Made by a program: the position numbers and the translations under genes
The notes under the pieces: model-generated
Databases searched by the model: none
What the model saw: only the letters and a program-made list of their open reading frames with translations
Told to the model about the DNA's origin: nothing
Shown here: piece by piece, positions 56,001 to 64,000 of the stretch
Numbering within the stretch: position 1 is the first letter of the stretch
Layout of the letters: every line of letters starts with the position of its first letter
Source: Lingula anatina
Lineage: Eukaryota; Animalia; Brachiopoda
Assembly (NCBI GenBank): GCA_051362555.1
Contig: CM120641.1
Span: 6,944,001 to 7,008,000, forward strand
Length of the DNA stretch: 64,000 nucleotides
Reading direction: 5' to 3'

Positions 56001-59000
56001 CTCTGCCTGCATATAGCCACCAGAGGCTGGCATGGTTCTACCTCACATTCCATCTGTTCCACTTTACATTCAAAGTTCTCAGGACATACTGCATTCTGAA
56101 ATACAAGTACATTAAATATTATGATAAATTAATAAATAAATAAATAAACAAAAACACAAACTTTTTTTAGATGAATGTGCTTTAAAAACAAATCCATATG
56201 CACTTATTATAAACTGAAGTATTTATATTCAAAAGTCACAGAAATAACTTGAAACAATTACATAATGGGTTTCCAAAGCAACAAAACATAAGGATTTAAA
56301 ACTTAAATTATTTTATTGTTTTATACCTGACAGGGATCATAGCATTGGCACTCATGACAGCCATCTCTATTCTTCTCAAAGCCATAGGAACAGTTCTTGT
56401 CACAGGTGAACATAGGACAGGCTCCTGGAATAATTCAATACATGCTTGTCATTCTAATGTGTGGTCTCTTAATTCATGTCTTTAAACAAAAAATGTACAC
56501 TGCATAAGTTTGGATAAAAACTGCAAAATTACTCAATTTTCTTATTCAGTATAAAACTCACTTCTAGCTTCAGTGGTGACCTCTGGTGTTGGAGTAGTCC
56601 CTACACCAGCATCCACAACTACAAGAAGTGGTGTCACTTCCAGTGGTGTAGTGAAAACAGGGTAGCTAGTGGATGTGGTGGTCTCTATGTCCTCATGGTG
56701 TCCACCTTGACCTTTACCTTGACCTTTACCACACCTCTCCACACAATCTATGATGTTCACAAAATTGTTCTCATTGCCTCCACAGCTGCCGTAAGTGAAG
56801 GGTTCACACTGCTGCGTCTTGGTGTTGAAGTAATATCTTAATGTGGGGATGCGACATTCACCGACTGCAGACGGCAGGCTGCAGATGTCATCAGTGCCAG
56901 ACAATGTGTTCACTAGGGTATGAGATAAAGATGCATAGGTCAAATCTTGATTACCAACCAAAATATTAGTTGCAATGAATATGGTAAGGTGTTTTCTGTT
57001 GTTTTTTTTCTTTTTGAACAAAATGAGTCATGGATTTTTTTTCTGAAGTTTAGGTGGTTGAAATACTGATGAAAAAGGGAAACTTCCATCTTTACAATAT
57101 TGACTTTTCTAAATACAAATATATTAATCACATACACAACTATAGTGATCAAAATTACCTATTTTGGCTGGACATCTTTCTTTTTCAATGCACCTCCCCT
57201 CATGTAGTACGGGTTTCTCTGGTGGACACTGGCAATGGGGAACACACTGAAGTGTGCACACTGGGTCAGAGTCTTCACACGTACGGACACATGCTGAACC
57301 ACAGACTGTAAATACCATTTCACCTTGACACACTGAAAACAAAACAAAATTAGGTTCAAAAGAAGGAAAAGCTCTCATAAATTTGATTTTGGTACAAATA
57401 TTACTTAACATTTTTAGCAATAAACCTCATTGCTTTATGTGACATTATATAAATATCAGCATGTTAAACAATAAATCTAAGTATTTCGATTACAGAAATA
57501 AAGGGTACCCAGCACTCATGCATATATTTGTAATTTAGCCATCTTCCTCACCTTTCTGAGGTAGCTTAGGGCACTCATCAAGGCTGATGCACTTCCCGTT
57601 CTCCTGCAGAGGTTTCTCTGGTGGACACTGACACCTGGCCACACACTCCTGAGAACACACCGGGTTGGGCTCACCACACGTACGGAAACATGCTGACGGG
57701 GAACCACACTCCGTGAATACCTGACCTTCTGGACATTCTGAACATGGAAAACAGATCACACTGGATATCAAACTGAGAAGGTTTGCTTCTTTGCTTTTTA
57801 TAATCTTTCTTTTCATCATTGACACCAGTTTACTTATTCCACTAACTGTATTGTTTATACTCACTATTACATCTACCAACATCACGAAGTATCTGTCATA
57901 GTTTTCTGCAGTATTATATACATAGTACATACAAGTCTGATAGTCACAATTACATCAGCCAACAAATCACATCTAACACAGTCATCAAGTTATCATCTAA
58001 TTCCACTGAACATAATCCTCTGGTAAGTTATATGGGTCTCTCTGGAGGACCTGGCAGCCAGCCACACCCTGGTACCTGATCACATCCAGTATCACAACCA
58101 ACACATTGTCACATCTAACACAATATAATCACCTTGTTCCACTGGGCAGTATTCTTGAGTAATACATCTTCCTTGGTGAAGTATGGGTCTCTCTGGAGGA
58201 CACTGACACCCAGCCACACATGGGCGTGTACAGACTGGATTGGGGTCACTGCAGGTTGGACTACAGGCAGTGCCACAACTTTCAAATATCATGTCTGATG
58301 GACAGTCTAAGAGAAAAAATTACCATCATAAAAATACTTAACTTCTGACCAAAACATTTAATGAAGGACACTTGAATGGAACTTCCACATAAACATTAGA
58401 CTCTTACATTATTTTCAGTTTGCTGACATACAATGTAACAGCAATTAAGTTGATGCAGTTTTATAATTGTACATCGATAAATAATTGATTTGCAGTTTAT
58501 GATCTGTACCTCAAAGACACCTAAAGCTAGACAAGATAAATTAACCTTTAAAATAAAACTCTCAGGCTCATCAAATAATTCCTCTTATTACCTTGTTTGA
58601 TTGGACAATATCTAAGGCTAATGCATCTTCCTTCATGCCAAAGTGGTCTGTCGGAGGGACACTGACACTGTGCTACACATTCCCGTGTGCAGACAGGCTT
58701 AGGATTGTCACATGTACGTAAGCATGCTGAGCCACATCTCACAAATTCTTGGCCACCTTCACATTCTGCAAATAAGAAAAAAAAGTTTAAAATGCTACTA
58801 CAGTACACTCAACATATTTTAAAAATTTAATCTTGTATTGTGCTAAGACCTTAATTACCATTTCGATATGTCACAATATTCACCATAATCAATTCAATTT
58901 ACATCAGGACTAAATTAAAAAATACAAAGAGACAATTATCTCAAGGCTTTGATATTGCTCTACAAATAGGATTCTAAAGCTTGTAATGTAATGGTGATGT

Positions 59001-62000
59001 CTTATCAATCACTCCCTGTCCAAACTCAGTTTATATTCAGGTGAACACTGATCCATTATCACCTTTTTGTACTGGACAATAGTCTTGGGAAATGCACCTT
59101 CCTCTGTGTAGTATAGGTTTCTCTGGAGGACACTGGCAGCGACCTACACACTGATATGTGCACACTGGGTCTGGGTCTTCACAGGTACGGTTGCAAGCTG
59201 AGCCACACTCCATATAAACCTGGTCTGGTGGGCATTCTGTATGAACAAGATCAGAAGAGTCAGTGTATTAATTATCACTTAGGTTGAAACCCAAGTCATG
59301 GTTTTTAAGTCAGCATGGCAAAATTGCCCAACCTACTGCCTTCAAGTCATTTTTGATACAATCTGTATGTCTTCCAACACAAATCAAAAGACATCAGAAG
59401 TTGAAAACAAAAATTCGCAAATGTTCAAACCTTAATTACTTTTAAACTCATGTTGCTCAAGCCTCATTTAACCAAAAACTGACACAACTAACAAACTGAT
59501 TTTACATCTACTATGCCGTACAATGTGGCACAGATAACACACTGAAACAGCTGGCAATCTGTTGAAACATAGACTTTGGCACAAATCACACACTTGAATG
59601 ATCATAAAGCTAAGTCACCTAGTGGAGCTGGGCAGTACTTCTGTGTGATACACTTCCCTTCATGTAGTATGGGTCTGTCAGGTGGGCACTCGCAGCGCGG
59701 CACGCACTGTTTCGTGCAGAAAGGATTGGGTTCTTCACACGTGGCAGCACATGCAGACCCACAAGAATTAAATACTTGACCACCAAGACAAACTGAAATG
59801 TGAAAATACAAATTATCATATCAAATTTATGTGCAAAACACGATTAGCAAGTTAGAGATCTCGTATCACAGATGTAAATCATTCTTTATTTTGTACTATC
59901 AAAAATTGTTATTAAAATCAACATTATTAAAATTGAAAGCTAGGATGACCTGTATAAATTTCTCATTTTGCTGAATATGATAAGTATTATAAGGTCCTTT
60001 ACCTGGAGATGATGGACATTTTTCCTCAGCAATACACTCTCCCTCATGTAGTATCGGTCTGTCTGATGGACACTGACAACGTGTTACACACTTCAGCGTA
60101 CATGGTGGGTTGGGTGCATCGCATGTGCGCACACATGCAGAACCACATTCCATAAACTCTTGGCCATAGGGGCAGTCTGAAAAAGTTTGTCTATATAGTA
60201 AAAATTATCATCAAACCCATGAAAAAATTTTAATGCAATGCTGACTGGCATCAAATATCTTTTATCATTAAAATGAAAATCATCTCAAAATGCTCTACAC
60301 TCTTTTCAATACCTCTAAAAAAATATAAACTCTTAAAGAATATGACCCATGGTTTTAAACATGATAACATTAAAGAACCACATTTAACAAAATTAAGCAC
60401 ACTGAAGAAATATTGCAGGCATGCTGATAGCTCAAGCACCTGGTTCTACACCTTTTACATCTAAATCACTTCTCAAATACAGGAAAAAAACAGTAATTGT
60501 GCCCCTCCCCTTTTTTGCATAATGTTTAAATAATTGAAATTTATGTTTTAGTGATTATAGTCAAACACAAGCTATAGCAAATTCAGTATGGCACGTCAGA
60601 AAATTACTGCCACTCATGAAGTAGTTAAATATATAAAACAAGCTTGTTCAAGATGAAACTGCTTTTATAAAAACAAGCTTTCATTTTGCTTAGTACATAG
60701 TCATACAACATGCAGTTAGCAGGATGGCAATAAGCAAACTACAGATCACTACTGTCACATACACTGAGATGTATATAATGTGTATATATGTGTAACACTG
60801 GATACAGCCATATTATATGTGACCACACCCACCTCTCTTGTCAGCGTGCCTCAAAACACACAGTTCATTACACTCTTCTTTACTCGCAAACCGGTTGGCA
60901 TTTCCATGACAACCACCATATGAGAATTCCCGACATTCTCTTAAATTGAGGTTATAATACCACTGGAAAGTGAAGTCTGTGCAGGGTCCAGGGTCTGGGA
61001 TCTCAAAGCACATGTCAAATTCTTCTGCAAGACAAGAAGCATGCATGCAGCAACTAACACCATGCAACTTGGTAACATCCTTCTACAAGAGACGTATGGA
61101 CAGATTCTGCAACCTTTAGTTTGTTTCTGAGGTAACATGCAACAACAATCTCTCTAGGGGGGACACCTTAATTCTACAGACATACTGTCATGTGTGTGAA
61201 ATTCTTAGGCTTCCAGATATTATACCAAGATGAACATTGCAACAAGACAAGATGTTATGTTAATAAATTTACTTATTCCTGTTATTAATTCACACAGCAA
61301 AACACTGTGCACTTATGTTATGACAAACATGCTTTAAGTTAGAAACTATAAAGTGAATGTTATTATACAGAAAAAAGATTCTCACCATTGTTATGCACAG
61401 GTAAATTGTCAATACAGCTACAAACATTCTCTAAGTTAAGATTTTTACACGCTGACACATATCTCTCAATGTGTAAGTAAATATACATACCAGTCTGCGG
61501 CTCTGTTATCTTGGGACCTGGGTCTGGAGCACCAACTGTAGGTGGCGGCACTGTTGTCACTTCCACAGCAGGCCTTACAAGCTGTGTAGTTGCCACAGTA
61601 CTGGGTGGTGGTGTGGCATCTTGACAGAATAACTCACACTCTTGCCATGACTGGAACCGATTGTTATTTCCTCTACAGCCGCCATATACAAACCTGCGGC
61701 AAGCTCGCGATTCTGCATCGTAGTACCAGGTTGGAAAATAGCCCCGGCATGGCCCATGGGATTTGTGTTCAAAACAGGCTTCTAAAAAGAATAAAATATT
61801 TTTGAGAAAATTAGAATGTAAGAAAAATATAAAAAGGAAAAGAGTTAATAAAAAACCTCTTAGTGGTGAATTTGGTGAAATAACTTACGTGCTGACCCTT
61901 TTCACCCTTCTATTAAGACATAATAATTTCTTAATCCAAGAAAAAATATATCATCTAGGCAATCAGAATTATGCATAGTACAAGTTTTTGTACTATAAAC

Positions 62001-63561
62001 CACATTTCAGACCCATCATAACCCACACTTACCCTGTCCTCTATCTGCAGAAGGTTGGTCTGGCTGCAGGGGCACACCCGTCTCTGGTTGTGTTGGTTGA
62101 GTTATCAAAGTCTCCTCTACCACAATCCCTGGCACACCATTGGGTCTCTCCGTTGGTCCACCACATTTCTCAACACACTCCTCTATGGTGTGGAAACTGT
62201 TCCTGTTATGTTAAAATGCCAAAGGGTGGATGTATAACGTGGTAACAGAGATGAACCAATGTGGAATTATTTGCACTGAATGTATGACTGTCAATTTCTT
62301 ATAATTTTCCTTTAAACTGAAAAGTAAGTGCTGCCCTGGTCAGATATGATAATGATCCAACACTGTGAATGCTAGGATGATTAAGGTTTAGTTGTGTTAT
62401 TATTTTATTGTATCTGGAAAGAGTTTGTTAGATGTACTTCTAATAGGCGTGGGTGTGATCAATGCAATTGTGTTAGGTGTGATAGTGTTGGACAAATTGT
62501 GGGTACATTTTTTTAGAATTAGAATGGGTATAAAAATATCATGTATGTACAAATCTTCTGTCAGCACCATCACCTATGAAATGGTGTGGACAGGGCAAGT
62601 GCAGTCTTAATACTGTTCAACATACATATTGAGAATAATTGCGTTTAATTTGAATGGCATAAGTAATGAGTAAAGAAAATGGTTCAAATTACCTGTTGCC
62701 ACCACAACCACCATAGAAGAAAGGCTTACACTTGCCCTCCTTGCTGTCATAGTAGTAAACCTGTGAGAAGGCCCTGCATGGACCCTGATCTTTGGGCAAC
62801 TGGCACACATCTGCAACACATACGTAATAACTTGAGGGATGAAAATAAATGGATGACAAGTCTATCTTCAATGCACCCAATGTGTGCATAATCCCTTCTT
62901 TTCTCACTGAAACTCATCAATATTTTTTGTGGTTTGAGTGGGACTTGCTCAAAAAAAAAAAAAAAAAAAAAAAAAAACAAAAACAAAAAACATAAAGTCA
63001 ATTAACTACATTTGAACAATATTTATACATTTTATCAATAGAAACCAATTTCAGCACAGACAATTTCTGGTTAATGAGATTAATATTTAAAGCTGAGCGA
63101 TTAATTAAACTAGCAAACCCATGCTTGCACATAAAGGAAAAGCACAAGAGGCAAAGCAAACTAAAAGCAGAATAATAAGCTTCTAATATTCAAGGGACAA
63201 ATTTGTTAGAAAACACATAGTACTGGTTCAAACTTTCAAAAACATTCTTCATATTACTCTGGAATTGAAATGTCTTGTGGTTTTTGAAATTCTGGCAGTT
63301 AACATTTGGAAGACTATGGGTTTTCCAACTGAGATGGCTACAATCTACCTGAAGAAGGCCCTACAAGCTGTCTATCTGCTATCCTGGTTGAACACTCAGC
63401 CATGCACTCTTCTTGGGTAAGGAAACGGTTGGAGTTACCCAAACAGCCACCATACTCAAACTGTGTACAATACCCCCAGGTGGCATTGTATGCCCAGTAA
63501 CTAAGGCTAGCCAAGCATGGTCCTGGGTCCTTGGGCAATAAACAGCGGTCTATGGTGATGA
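50009..63561 (-). CDS. PAPLN: Papilin-like extracellular matrix protein, 3' portion: Kunitz x4, TIL x7, Kunitz, antistasin-like/Cys-rich, WAP, papilin Cys repeat, Ig x3, PLAC
   Basis: Kunitz exons at about 63349-63561, 62693-62810 plus 62033-62202, 61490-61780, 60831-61025 and 56562-56912. WAP exon [16 protein letters not shown] at about 55142-55268. [19 protein letters not shown] repeat at about 52800-52870. Three Ig domains at 50467-52780. The terminal PLAC exon [32 protein letters not shown] ends in TGA at 50009. Domain order matches invertebrate papilins. Confidence 0.85.
52926..54870 (-). mobile_element. Second, more complete copy of the same HINE-like element, in a papilin intron
   Basis: Same ends as 36923-38446 (AACAAGGCAGTAAAGCTGTCAAATGTACAGACA ... 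CAGACACATCTGTGTCTGTACATAA). Two kinds of internal tandem subrepeats lie at about 53200-53990 and 54340-54720. Confidence 0.8.
57952..58075 (-). pseudogene. Decayed partial duplicate (pseudo-exon) of the adjacent TIL exon and its donor flank
   Basis: TATGGGTCTCTCTGGAGGAC..CAGCCACAC and CACATCTAACACA match 58107-58220 with indels. Confidence 0.7.
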
Positions 63562-64000
63562 CTGGGGAATGTTAAGTAAGTGGTAAGTCGGAAAATCATC
63601 TTGTCATTTGATCCACACTGGCAAGCAGGCACATACACTGAGGCATTGTTCACAACTGTTCTAACTAGTAATTAGTGTATGAGCTAACACTAGCACAGGT
63701 AATATCAGTCAAATGCTCAAAGCATTCTAATTTGATAAAGATAAAAGTAAAACATTCTTTTTTGGCCAAATTCATGACTGATTAGGTTAAAAGATTTCAC
63801 TTTAGATGCTAAAAAGTAATTTTATCCAAGAGTGTGTGTGTGTGCACACATGCTGCATGTGAGCGTGTGTGCATGTCAATTGCTTTCTGGAGAGTGTAGA
63901 TAGATTTCTTTCAATACATCTACTTTTTCCCCACTATGAGTGCATATCTAGCTATAGGCATAATACAGCAGAGTAAAGGAACATACTGAATAAAATACTA

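Noticed and set aside
62574-62612. Potential 39-nt in-frame cassette exon inside the split Kunitz domain
   Set aside because: The splice signals are weak and the insertion would disrupt the Kunitz fold. It cannot be distinguished from chance.

Overview
AT-rich, intron-dense eukaryotic DNA from an invertebrate animal, probably a lophotrochozoan such as a mollusc (inferred from gene content and repeat types). Five spliced genes can be traced: USP34 (- strand, runs off the left edge), MAD2L1BP/p31comet (+, head-to-head with USP34), WDR26 (-), a secreted and possibly GPI-anchored type-B carboxylesterase/cholinesterase-like gene (+), and a papilin-like gene (-, 5' part off the right edge). Several non-autonomous transposons are present: Helentron/HINE-like, Kolobok-like TTAA MITEs, CAGGGGCGGAT MITEs and a foldback-like MITE. 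Three observations stand out. (1) WDR26 has an AUG-less, NLS-bearing N-terminal extension that resembles the non-AUG-initiated extension reported for human WDR26. (2) A 28 x 44-bp minisatellite has been built from a USP34 exon/intron junction, so the true 5' splice site is followed by 27 decoys. (3) Papilin carries a cassette of seven symmetric TIL protease-inhibitor exons with variable P1 residues. Gene identities rest on recalled protein motifs, not database searches.
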